NCBI RefSeq assembly: GCF_000150275.1
Contig: NW_002061021.1
Span: 6,466 to 27,384 of the forward strand
From: Trichoplax adhaerens
Lineage: Eukaryota; Animalia; Placozoa
DNA length: 20,919 nucleotides
Direction of reading: 5' to 3'
Positions within the stretch are counted from its first letter, which is position 1, and each line of letters opens with the position of its first letter. A program made the position numbers and the translations under genes. Below are positions 1-11,325 of this stretch, piece after piece. The notes beneath the pieces were generated by a model. It did no database searches. It was not told the origin of the DNA and was given only the letters and a program-made list of their open reading frames with translations.

Positions 1-80
1 GGGCGATTTATACGGTAGTAAACGGAATATGTCCAATATATCGCCCATGTACAAGTAAAAAAGACGGTTATAAAAATCAT
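1..80 (-). CDS. GPCR second coding exon (TM6 and start of ECL3); partial, continues beyond the window edge
   Basis: After the acceptor CAG the frame reads MIFITVFFTCTWAIYWTYSVYYRINRP with no stop. It contains the F-x-x-x-W spacing of TM6. This exon is not in the supplied ORF track. TM7/NPxxY must lie outside the window. Confidence 0.85.
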   Translation of the reverse strand, partial: MIFITVFFTCTWAIYWTYSVYYRINR

Positions 81-1608
81 CTGCAATAAAGATATTAAAG
101 CAAAGACAACGATCAAAATTCAAGTATTTCATCCTTGCATTAAAATAACAAAAGGTAGCAGGGTCCATAATTTATATACTATTAGTCCTATGCATTTTTT
201 GTTGCATACATGATAACTATTTAATGCATGGAAATCTTTGTTTAAAATTATATAAGGGATCCCATACTAAATCTCTAGCAAAGCAGCTCCGAATATTTCA
301 ATTTATGGTATAAATATACTAAAGACTTTAAGAAGAAGAATTTATTAAGAAGTTAAATGAAACTGAGCGCTTAAGAAGCATTGCAATTGTACTATAATTA
401 TCTAGTTGTAAATAAGATGAGTTTCATTATCTATCATTTTAAAGAGTTTTAAGGATTCAGAAGCTATTTTTTAATTCATCATTCCTTAGAATTGATCTAT
501 ACCCTTATTTTAACAACTGAAAAGGGGTAATAATCGTGTTTGTCTTCACCGGATGCTCAATATCGCGATATTGATTGGCTAAGAAACAATATTACTTCAC
601 GATACTTCCAATGAAAGGCTATAAATCTTTCTTGTGCAGGTATAAAAGAATAGCAGGCTGCAAGATAATAGTAGCAATAAAATACTGCTGCAATTTAAAA
701 AAACATTTTTAGCGTACAATACTGCTATAAGGTGTTGCTTACTTGAATAAAAGCGGACGTCAGTCCTCTTACTAGATGACAACTACTTCAAGTTTTGAGT
801 TAAGAAATATTGATGCCAATAGAAAAATCTTTAGAATATCTATCTTAGAGAATGGTAGTTTAATTGATAGCCAAACGAAAGTAACTGATTAACCATACAC
901 GTTAATGTGCAACATCCACTGTATTAATCAATTTCCTTCTCATCAAATTTTTTGGCAGTGCTAGCACAAAGCACAAGTCTATTGTAAAGAGTTCGATTGC
1001 GAAAGTAAGAAAAGGGATATACGTTATACCTAATCACCTTATTTGACACCTAAATAACATTTTAGTCTTTGTTTCGTTGCTCACCCGAAAGCAAATTAAT
1101 AACCACGCAATCTTTTACAATTTACAAATACTGAAGTGCCTATAGTGCTGTAATTTTTAGATTTCGCCGACGAGATACTATAGTATTGGTTTGTACTATC
1201 CCATTATTAGCCATTACTAGAGTATAATGTATCAGTTGAAGTAGATAAGACTATCAAAAAATTTTACATTACATATAGTCTTATTATCAAAACTACGGGA
1301 ACAAGAGTACGCAAATGTATCAATAAATTAGGCTGTCTTATGTCATACGATTGGGTAATAATCATACATTGTAATTCTCTATCTTTAATAGATGTAAATA
1401 AAGAGAGTGCATTCTGCCATACCATTTAGTTTTTCCACATAAATTTAACTAAATTAACAATTACTTTAGATATTAGAAGTCAAGTATTGATTGGCAAAGC
1501 CATTGAAAATTCCAATACATTATATCTCCAGTTTAAGTTTATGGTCACATATTTTCAGCAATTGTAATTAATAGTAGTTACTTTCGCGACATAATCGATA
1601 TTACTTAC
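81..1608 (-). other. GT-AG spliceosomal intron of the GPCR gene (1528 bp, phase 0)
   Basis: Donor GTAAGT at 1608-1603. Acceptor ...CTTTGCTTTAATATCTTTATTGCAG ends at 81. Splicing joins KKKVVML in frame to a hydrophobic TM6-like helix. Confidence 0.85.
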
Positions 1609-2382
1609 CAGCATTACTACTTTTTTTTTCTCCTGGCGCTTTTTAAGGTAATTAACTTGTTTGCATTTAAAAATTTTATCGTTATGTAACAGTTCACAGA
1701 TTATACGACCGTAGCAAACGATCACGATTCCGCATGGACCATAGAAAAGGATGACCGATCTCAATAAAGTATAAACCTCCTGAAATAAAAGCCCTGTCTT
1801 AAGCCCAAATCGACAAAGATATGAAGTATTATGAACTGGATATCGAGTTTCACGACTATAATCCATCAGAAATAGATCTGGTGAACATATAACGCAACTC
1901 GTCAGCCAGATAAACAAGATGATTTTCCTAGTTCTAACTACCGTTCGTGTGCATTGCAAAGGCTTACAAATTGCTTGATAGCGATCAAAAGCAATCGTGG
2001 TTAGTGTTAGCATGCTCGCAAACATAGCAATGAAACGACTATAGCGAGAAAAGTAGCACAAAAAGGCACCCATAATCCAATAGCCGCGATAGACAGATTG
2101 TAATATAGTCGTTGGCGAATAGATAAGAGAAACCAATAGATCTGATAGAGCAAGACTGGCTATATAATGCGTTGCAATTGACTTTTTCGATTTTTGATAA
2201 TTCAACATTATTACCAATAAAACGATAGAGTTACCAATAAGTCCAAGGAAACTTGTTGTGATACTAAAAATGAGGTAGGTTACATCAATACGAAGAGGTT
2301 GACTAGAGAAATTTTTTGTAAAATTTATGCTTGACACAGAAGTTAAACGAGTAAATGTTGAAAGCTCTGTAGAGTTTTCCAT
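1609..2382 (-). CDS. Class A (rhodopsin-like) GPCR, peptide-receptor-like; first coding exon (N-terminus, TM1-TM5, ICL3; 258 codons)
   Basis: Motifs in the translation: N-glycosylation sequons N3/N20/N24; TM1 GN (N51); TM2 LALSDLL...P (D81=2.50, P90=2.59); ECL1 WIMGAFLC (C109=3.25); TM3 DRY (133-135) followed by QAICKPL; TM4 W...P; ECL2 Cys; TM5 FYGP...CYGRI; basic ICL3 KKRQEKKKVVML. The exon ends at a consensus phase-0 donor CTG|GTAAGT (1609|1608). Confidence 0.95.
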
Positions 2383-4949
2383 AGCAAATATCAGAATTTA
2401 ATATCAAATTTGAACTGAATAAATCAAGATAACGGATGATTTCGAGTGCTAATACAACGATCAAGAGCAATTATTGATACAATGATTTAAAGACAGATTA
2501 ACAACTAGTGCTTCATGTAACCAGTCATCAATATTAAGAATGATGACGAACAATTATTATTAGGAAAAGTAAAAGTGTAGATAGAGAGCATGTATATGTC
2601 AAAGGTAAATTATCGATATGAGAATACGTTATTAGCAAGAGGCGATATCAATTTTGATTTATATAATGATTTTCTTTCCGATTTCCTTCTACGTGGCTAG
2701 TATCAAGGCAATAAATGATCCTGAGAAACAGCATTAGCATTTATATAACGTAAATTCCATAGGTAAATTAACTTTAATCCAAAATAATAAAAATTGATGT
2801 TTCAGTCTTTATTCACTGATGTATATCAATCTCTGTCTTGCAAGCGTAACGATTGTTAACTGATCAATCCCAATCATTTGTTATTAAAATATTTTTTCAG
2901 CAGATGTTGGCTATTATTTCCTTTTGTAATATCCTACAGGGCTATAACAATTTAGCAAATCAGGGAATAAAGTGATAATATATTAGACTCGGTTTTCATG
3001 ATTAATTTAACAATTTGAGATCATTTTTAATAGCATAGACAATACTTTTAAAATCAATAGTCGTTATCTAATTATTAACTTCTCCGCAATTGATTGTTTA
3101 TCGGCTATTCAGATATTTTATGGGAATAATCATAGACAAATATAAACGTCATCTTACTGACAACACCTTCGTCTAAGCTAGATAATTCCAATTCATGATC
3201 TATAAACCAACCTACGCTAATAAGTTCTTCCTTAATAATCCCAAAGTATTGTTGATAATACTCCCATCAACTAACACAGGAAATTATCCTCCGCTCATAT
3301 TTTGATCTATTAATATTAATTTTCATAGCGTTGTATAAATGACAAACATCTAAGAAACAGGTTAACATTAATGACATCCTGAAGAAAGGAGTAAATATTC
3401 CGTAAAATTTATCGCTGTCTTGAATCTTATATGATGTATTTATTTACTTTACTCTAAATTTAAACTATTCGAATGTGATTGTGAAACTGACGGAAAGCGT
3501 ATCTTCCGATAATCTTTATCCGTAAAAAGCTTACAGCAGTACATATTAAAGTAATCTAAAAATATAATTGTAGGCAATGAAAGTCTCTTTATTACCCTTA
3601 ACAAGAGCTAAACCATTACCATTTTAGCTATCTGATAATACGGCACTATCCAAATTTTTTTATGGATAGTTGAATAGATTTCATATCTGTCGAGTACAAT
3701 ATAGTATAATACCATAAAGAAGTAGCAAGATACATTATTATTGTATTATATTAAGATTCATTTGTATATTAGCAGCTTTTTGTAACCTCCACCTGCACTA
3801 TTGAAACATATTACACATTAAATGACTCAATCAATAACCAGTCCAGCCCAATTTAAAAATTTATTAGTCGATTTGTGAAAATTTCTCGTACTGATGGTAA
3901 ATTTTTGAATTCTGTAATAAAGCAAAATATATGTTGGACTTTGCTTTTTAGCCAAGACTGTGATTCGTATGACTTAGAGATTTTGGCACGGGTAGACAAT
4001 AAAACAAATTAAAACGGATATTAACAGCACGCTTTATAGTTAAGTAACTCAGGTATACGAACAATACAGAAAAACTATCGAATGTCACACTTTAACAGAA
4101 TTTTATACTAAGCCCAAGCAATCTAACTTATCGCTACGATTACGGATAAAATATCCTATAAGGCAATCGCACCGATAAAAATTGAAACGAAACTTTACTT
4201 ATCTAGTATAGCAAATTTTTGCTCTAATCCTCTGTTATGCAGTTATCTTCTCTACAGATAATTTTCTGAGTAAATGTAAAAAGCAACTGTAAATAAACGT
4301 TAAATATTGCAAATAAACTGAAAGATCAACATTTGAATGTGAACTTTGATCTGCTACACACCTGCATCAAAGAAAACAATTTTACATATAGCAAAATCAA
4401 GGTGATCGTCTAAATTTTCTATCGTTTGAAAGGGTGGCTGTTTCCATTGGTTGTCAATAGCCTCAAACCTTGCTTTAGAATGTTATAGTTCGAATGCATT
4501 TTATACTATAGTCGTACCATTTAACTTTCACTTAAACAATGGATGAATATATCAGGAATTACATCCAAAATATTAAATACTTAATTAAATCCCTGTACCC
4601 ACTCCAGTATACCTATAGATCATAGCTCATTTGAGTAGAATTAGCTATTATTTCTACTTTGAAAAAGTTAAAATCATTAGCATTAGAACCATTTAAAATT
4701 TATGCTTTAATTGTATTGCTCCTACTAATTAAACTAATATTTTAAAAATTATTACCAAGAAGTTGGCAAAATAATATTAATTGATTCCTTATAAATAATC
4801 TTATCTCATCTTTCAGCTTATCAAATGTTGACTTACTTTCTTAACGCAAGATGCTTATATCTTACTTCAATACCCACAGTGTCCAATTGTTGACACCAAA
4901 ATTAAACACTCGTATTAAATTACTTTAATAATATAGCTTCAGTCCCTAC

Positions 4950-4978
4950 ATATTACGATAAAAATTTTATCGTAATAT
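4950..4978. repeat. 29-bp palindrome (14-bp perfect arms, 1-nt spacer)
   Basis: ATATTACGATAAAA-A-TTTTATCGTAATAT. Confidence 0.9.
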
Positions 4979-7900
4979 AAACAGCTTCTAATTATTGATT
5001 TTAAGTTAAAAGCCTTCTCGTAGTAAGAATTTTCTAATGAAAGCTGAATAATTCTTCAGCCTAGTATTCAATTCTACCTAATAAATATGAAATCATCTAT
5101 CCAATAATAATACATAATAATAATTTATCAAACTATTTCATTCATATTTTTAATGAGATAGATAATTTTTTCTCATCAGTAAGCAAAGAAAGATGCTCAT
5201 GCTACAGTCATTTGAATTAAAATAGCCTATACAACGAAGCATATTTTTTAAACTGGCTATATGGCAAAAATTAACTAGTAACGCAATTACCGTCTTTATT
5301 GTATTCAAGAATAAATATAATATAAAAGCATGTTTAATTTCGGTATAAATCTATAAAACTAATGAAAACGAAATCTTGTTGCCCAAGGCAGAGTTATCAC
5401 CCTTTAAGACAGTTATGTATGCCCACTCTCCAACCACTCTCCAGCTGATCTCTTTACATTTAATTTTCTAAAGCTAAACCTCTAACTAAATAAGTATGCT
5501 TTACAATAAAAATATCTCACATTTTATTTTTAAGACAGATAAACTATAAAATTGAAATGTCCACTTTTAAATGGTGGCTACAAATAATCCAGTGATAATT
5601 GACAGACGTCATTAAGGAAATTCTCACTAAAATAAATCCAATTTTACAAGAACTCGATTTGTCAACGTAACGTCTATATTGAGCCACAGCCATTAGCTTA
5701 ACTTAATCAAATGAGTAAAATCTATTTACAGACATGTTTGTATTCAATTTCAGAAGATCGAGTTAAATGATAGCAAATCCATTCTATCAGATCAAACGGA
5801 ATTATTACAATCTTGAAATTCTTTTTAAATTAACTTTTTTATAAACCAAACAAAAAGAATTAAGTGCAATTGTCCCTGCCCAAATCATTCTATGCTATGG
5901 GTCAATTGCTGATATTCATAAGACTGGTCAAGAGTTAAACTAAGACATAATAACAACTTGATTATTATCATGCCGTTATTCAGAATTCGTAATTCTCGGA
6001 AACAGCAGTGCAACAAAATACCAATATAGTATAATAACAATAGCGATTGGATTATTTCAAAGCAGTAATATCAATTTCATATCATGGGTAGAGCTTACAA
6101 CAAAGTTTAGTGTCTCTATTTAAATTCTAGTGATATTTTAATCTAAATTGTTCGAAAACCTACAATTAAATTTGAAATATGAACAGATCTTATGATAGCT
6201 ATTTGTATATTTATCAATGACATAAATAATAATTAAAAATTTTTCAGTGCGATTTTAGTCTGGGCATATTTGTCTTATTATAAAACTCTATTCAAATTTT
6301 CCATTTAACGATAAAAGCAATCACTCTACAGTTTACATATCTTGTTGTTTTGCTAATGCAAACAATTTTAAGCAAGGTTATTTTATTTTAGGATCATGTC
6401 AATATTTTATACATGCTTCTGAATTATGCCTTCAGATAGAGTTATTAATTCGTTCGTCATCCGTTGATTTATTAAAGTTTATGCCAGAATTAATATTGAG
6501 CATCAGAACATCACACATATTTCAGCTGTACGAGGAAAAATTCTGTTATTTTAGCAACTGAAGCTCACGGTAACAAAAGGAAATATTCCATTTTTCTCCA
6601 ATCATTTAGATATCTCGCCTAGTTTAGAGTTTATTCCATTTTTAAATTAAACGGAAAACGTTGTATTAACAATTTTAATTATCTATAGACTAGAACTTAA
6701 AATTTAATAATTTACTGCCCGTTTTCAATCCTTAGAACAGTCCTAAGCAAATTGTAGTTGAGAATTATTACGAAGCTATATCGACATGCATTTCCGGCAT
6801 AGCATGCATGCTCTACTCAATAAGAAGATCACCCTCAAAAATTGATATCACAAAGTACTTTTCTTGAACGTGTTGATTTTGTTATCACTGCCATTGTAAC
6901 TTTATTACAAATGTAATTACTAAAAACACTATCCGTTATTAAAGACCTAAAAAAATATGTCAAGTTATTAACTGCTAAAGTTCAATTCAATAAGAACAAA
7001 TTGAAGTAAACAGGTTGAGCAATAAAAATAAATAGCAACAAAGAAAATAATAAAATTCATATTAATCCAATATTAAAACGTAACGATATACACAAAAATA
7101 ATCGTAAAGTAATTATCATTTTCGAAAACATTTCTATAAGAAGAAATTATATTTGAGGTTATCTAAATATTAATACTGTTTCAATAATTAAAATTTTCAA
7201 GCTACTAATATATAGATTGTAAGTTTTTAAAACTATTGGTACAAGAATGCTTTATTTGTATTAAGTAAACGCCTTGGTAGACTTCTATAATTTGGATTTG
7301 CGATAAAATTCGATCACGAAAATTTAAATTAAAACTTTATTAGCTCTAATACGAAAATTAGCCACATATAGCTTTACTCTAGCCGAGTACAGCTACTGAA
7401 CGACTTCTAGAAAGAATAATTAGATAATCTAATGTCGCTTGTTTTTATACTCTGCAGCCTTCACTGCTACAATCAGTATAGCAATATTTTACTTTATTTT
7501 ACTCGTAACCAAATAATTATTAGTAGCACCATTTTATAGCGGACCATCATTAATCCAATATTGAAACAGTTACAGTATTTGCATAGACATTATTCCTACC
7601 ACTTAAAGTACAACGAACTAACCATATCTTAATATATGATTTATAGTTCTTTTTTCACTTCTAATCTTATTAGTACCCCTACATCTTACTGTATATAGCC
7701 ATCTGTATTCTAGCATAGAGTCTACATTACAGTCTATAACTATGAGCTACTAAATATATCGTAAGATAAATATAGAAACAACACTACCGTATATCATACG
7801 AAACATGTCTGATAGTCTACAATCACAATAAGTTACTTTGTGGGATTATAATTCATACGCAATATCTCTCGCTCAAGATAAAGTAGACGCTCAAAGGTAG

Positions 7901-8567
7901 CCGCTAAAACACGAAATGGGGCTATAGGCAGATTTTACAGCATCGAAATTAGGATCAAGTATGTTAATTATGTTTACGTTACATTATAAAATCCGAATTT
8001 TAATAAAAATTATAGCGTCTGATATATTAACAAACTAGAAATAAACAGGGGAAATAGAATCGGTTTCATTGATAGATTAAATTTCAATACAGTTCTTTGC
8101 TCTTATTATAGTAAGCTGTAACTCATTAGGGCATGTAAAATGCATATGAACGTGACTGGATGCGAAATCGGTCTCGTTCATATATATATAAAGAAATGGT
8201 TCTATCAAAGAATGCAGTAATTCATTTGATATGTCGTAAGTATACCCAGTTGATGGTACTATTTTCATCTACGTAGCAAATGGAAATAACAATTAGATTT
8301 CATGAACGTTGAGTCACTAAATTACGCCATCGCACTACCATGATTATCATGATTGTGATAAAGAAATTTAAATGCACCATCTTAACTTGAGAATGCACAA
8401 ACTAAGCAGAAAGATTACCATTACAGTGGCAAGTATTATGATTTGAAGTCGCTGACAGTGTTGATGTATTCCATATTCTAGTAAATAGGAATTGAACTTA
8501 AATTGAATGCGGTATCGTCCAAACTGATATAACATACATGCGCATATATCGAAAACATATTGGACTC

Positions 8568-9153
8568 TGTCACGGTACGCCGTTACTAATTAGTAACTGT
8601 TGATTAATGAATGCTTATAAATAGATAAGATAAGGTCATGTGCTATGTTTAATGCGCTTGTAGCTGATAATAGGATGGTAGAAATGAGATAAAAATAGAA
8701 GTTGTTAGCAGTTAATTTACTGTAGGTTTATAAAGTGTGTTAATCTCTAAAAATTGAGCCGTATATGGACGAAGGTTAAGCGTCTTAACACCTGATAGCT
8801 TGTAGCTATCTAAGTCTGAGAATATCGACATGTATATTTAGTAACGGTATTATACTAATTAATGTAACTTGTAAAGCATGAATTCTCACTCGTTAATATT
8901 GGAATTCACTGTAGAAACCTATTTAAGCGCGTGTGTTTGTAGAATAAAGTTAGTAATTGCTCAAGAAACGGCAAGACTCATATCGTGAAGAATAGTGTAA
9001 TAATTAGTCAGTTGTCTGTGGAGATCAGCCGAGAAATCGAGTTCTCAAATACTTCTCTCATAGAAACTGAAAGTACTGGGAGAAATAGCCCAAATTTTAA
9101 GTAACTACACTAGAGTTCTTTACTTTCCTTTGCCACAAGTGAGGGTTGTGACA
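8568..9153 (+). mobile_element. Solo LTR-like element L1 (586 bp), 5-bp TSD GACTC
   Basis: GACTC|TGTCACGG...GGTTGTGACA|GACTC, with TSDs at 8563-8567 and 9154-9158. TATA-like TATTTAAG at 8920 is followed by AATAAA at 8943. No ORF, and no PBS/PPT outside the termini. Confidence 0.85.
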
Positions 9154-9917
9154 GACTCACCAAGTATTTGTATCCTCTGATAGGGTATTAATGAAAATCA
9201 AAGCATAAACCGAGCTTTGGCATAATTTACGCTATGATAGCATGAGCTTCATTAAAGCCACAATTTATTTCATACAACTCCGATATAATAGGAAAGAAAC
9301 GTATTAAGATATAATTGAATCAATAGTATGTAGACCATGTAGACTAAAATAACGAATTTTAGAGTTGTTTAGCTCTAATCTTGCGCAATATTTAACCGTA
9401 ATTAATCAGAACTGTAAAGAATGAATAGAAAATACAATAGATCATTGTAGATACGGTGGAAAAACTTTAAATCAACTTAATTTTGCCTATACCTATCGTA
9501 ACGCTTTTCTTTTCTTGGTAGTAGCTACTTATTTTATGTACAACATGGTACAATAACAATGAAAGTAATATTGAGCAATTATTAAAACTAAAAGTAGTGC
9601 ATTTGAACCGATAGAGATGTTTTAAGTCAGTCTGTTACTAAAAGTTGAGATAAATCTAATAGCAATCTTTCAAATTGTACTTCCGCCATTGTAAAAAAAA
9701 TATTAATTGAAAGCAAAACTAAATACTATGTATTTGAATGGTTGCTGCAAGCCTTAGGAATGATGATTATTGGAAGCCCTGTGTTTCTCATTACGAAATT
9801 GTAAGCAGGCTTTTCAAAGTAGCAGCATCGTTCCGATAAAACTAGATCCTAATTTGAGTGTTGAAAACTATAGCCATATGTAATAATATCTATTTCTATT
9901 CTACTCGAAGACTGTCT

Positions 9918-10045
9918 ATCTATAAATTGTCCTCGGCTACAGCGGATAAAAGATTTTATTACTTAATAATTAATTAATTAATTATTTAATCTATAAATTG
10001 TCCTCGGCTACAGCGGATAAAAGATTTTATTACTTAATAATTAAT
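9918..10045. repeat. Perfect 57-bp direct repeat (9918-9974 and 9989-10045) with a 14-bp TAAT-type spacer
   Basis: ATCTATAAATTGTCCTCGGCTACAGCGGATAAAAGATTTTATTACTTAATAATTAAT occurs twice, separated by TAATTAATTATTTA. Confidence 0.95.
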
Positions 10046-10090
10046 GCTAAAAATTATAGTAGTAATAGTTAGATAAAGTAATGAGTGCCC

Positions 10091-10392
10091 TGTCAGATCT
10101 CAGACTAAATCTTCCCAACAAGGAATCAGCTTTCTTTTGCCTTTCTTCTCAGATATGTTGACAACTATTCTTCCTGGTCAATCCTTTTTAGAGTTTATTA
10201 CTGAAACCTACGGATGCCGCTTGCCGAACTATCTTGTTTTCTCTCTTAGTGCTATTACTAAGGACTCAATTTTATCTACTAGTAATATTTGACTATCCTA
10301 TCGCCTAAATAGAACACCCCCTTGGCACTACCAATCCTATCTTGATCATACTGGTATTACTATCTTACTATTTATTCTTGGGATTCTTATTT
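10091..10392 (-). mobile_element. Candidate older/truncated LTR fragment (L0), host of L2
   Basis: The minus strand shows CTATTTAGGCG (cf. CTATTTAAGCG in L1), then AATAAA, and ends ...GATCTGACA at 10091. No matching TSD was found on the far side. Confidence 0.3.
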
Positions 10393-10570
10393 CACTATGT
10401 TACGGTTTAAGATATTATGTGATAATGTTATTGAAGTAGAAGTAGACGGTTACGATTAGATAATCATAAATATTATGATCTGTTAATATTGTGATGTTCA
10501 ATCGTTAATGGACTTCCATTAACGAATGTGTAGAAGTAAGGTACTTAATATGCCAATGACGTGTAATAAC

Positions 10571-10581
10571 CAAAATGGCGG
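10571..10581 (+). promoter_or_regulatory. YY1/Pho-type consensus site in the U3-like part of L2
   Basis: CAAAATGGCGG; its reverse complement CCGCCATTTTG matches CCGCCATNTT. Motif match only. Confidence 0.4.
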
Positions 10582-10694
10582 TTGTCACACTTGTAGGGAA
10601 TCTGTTAGATCTTAAATTGTTAATTGGCGCTATAATATTATTAGCGCATAATAATATCAATTATCACATATTTGTTCGATAGTAATTAATAGGA

Positions 10695-11325
10695 TGTTAC
10701 AGTGTTATATACTGTATTACAGTAGAAATATCAATGTTAGGATAATTCTATTAGGCTATCTTTATTTAGTTAACTTCTAATTTGGATATACTGTATTTTA
10801 ATATAGCACTGACTTTTTATGACAGTGACACTTATACACATACTGAAATTAATAGTTATAATAGGGAATGCAAATCATCTGCTTACAGTTCCAATCATTG
10901 TGATTGTAATTTACTTATGGTAGACTGTAAATTATCATGAAAATGTTCCGTGATAGGACATATCGTAATCTGACTATTCTGTATTAGTCATTATATGTCT
11001 ATGTTCGTAAATACTGTTGTCTGCATTAAGGGAGCAGTAGCTAAAATTAATATCTAACTCAGTAAATGATTCTAATGTTAATTGTATTAACTATGACTCA
11101 TGAACTATTGAGGAATAGTATATAAATGCAGTATATCGTGAAATAAAGAAGAATTGTCCAACTTAGTGTTTAACGTAAAATACGAGGCGTTTAAGTCTTT
11201 GTGTAGTCTGCTAGTAGAGCAAAAGTGTTTGTGATAGTGCAGATATCGTTCCTTGATACGTGGTTCAAGGAATTGACTTATTGATCGTATATTGCGTTAT
11301 CTTGTTGCAAAGCTGTTTTGTGACA
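10695..11325 (+). mobile_element. Solo LTR-like element L3 (631 bp), 5-bp TSD TAGGA, nested in L2
   Basis: TAGGA|TGTTACAG...TTTTGTGACA|TAGGA, with TSDs at 10690-10694 and 11326-11330. The boundaries are independently confirmed because similarity to 18228-18857 starts and stops exactly at these termini. TATATAAA at 11119, AATAAA at 11142. Confidence 0.93.

Noticed and set aside
597-782. 61-aa hydrophobic ORF on the same strand as the GPCR
   Set aside because: It lies in the intron and has no TM6/TM7 motifs. Hydrophobicity is expected from T-rich sequence.
1555-1608. C-terminal 17 aa (VSNIDYVAKVTTINYNC) of the 275-aa ORF
   Set aside because: It begins exactly at a GTAAGT donor and is not TM6-like, so it is intron read-through.
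3781-4089. TGTAAC...GTCACA segment as a further solo LTR
   Set aside because: The flanks match only 4/5 in low-complexity sequence (CTTTT/CTTTA), the termini do not fit the shared consensus, and it is half the size of the others.
8077-8268. 63-aa ORF
   Set aside because: Short, with no recognisable domain.
9918-10045. CRISPR-like repeat-spacer reading
   Set aside because: Only two units, a 14-bp low-complexity spacer, eukaryotic context and no cas genes.
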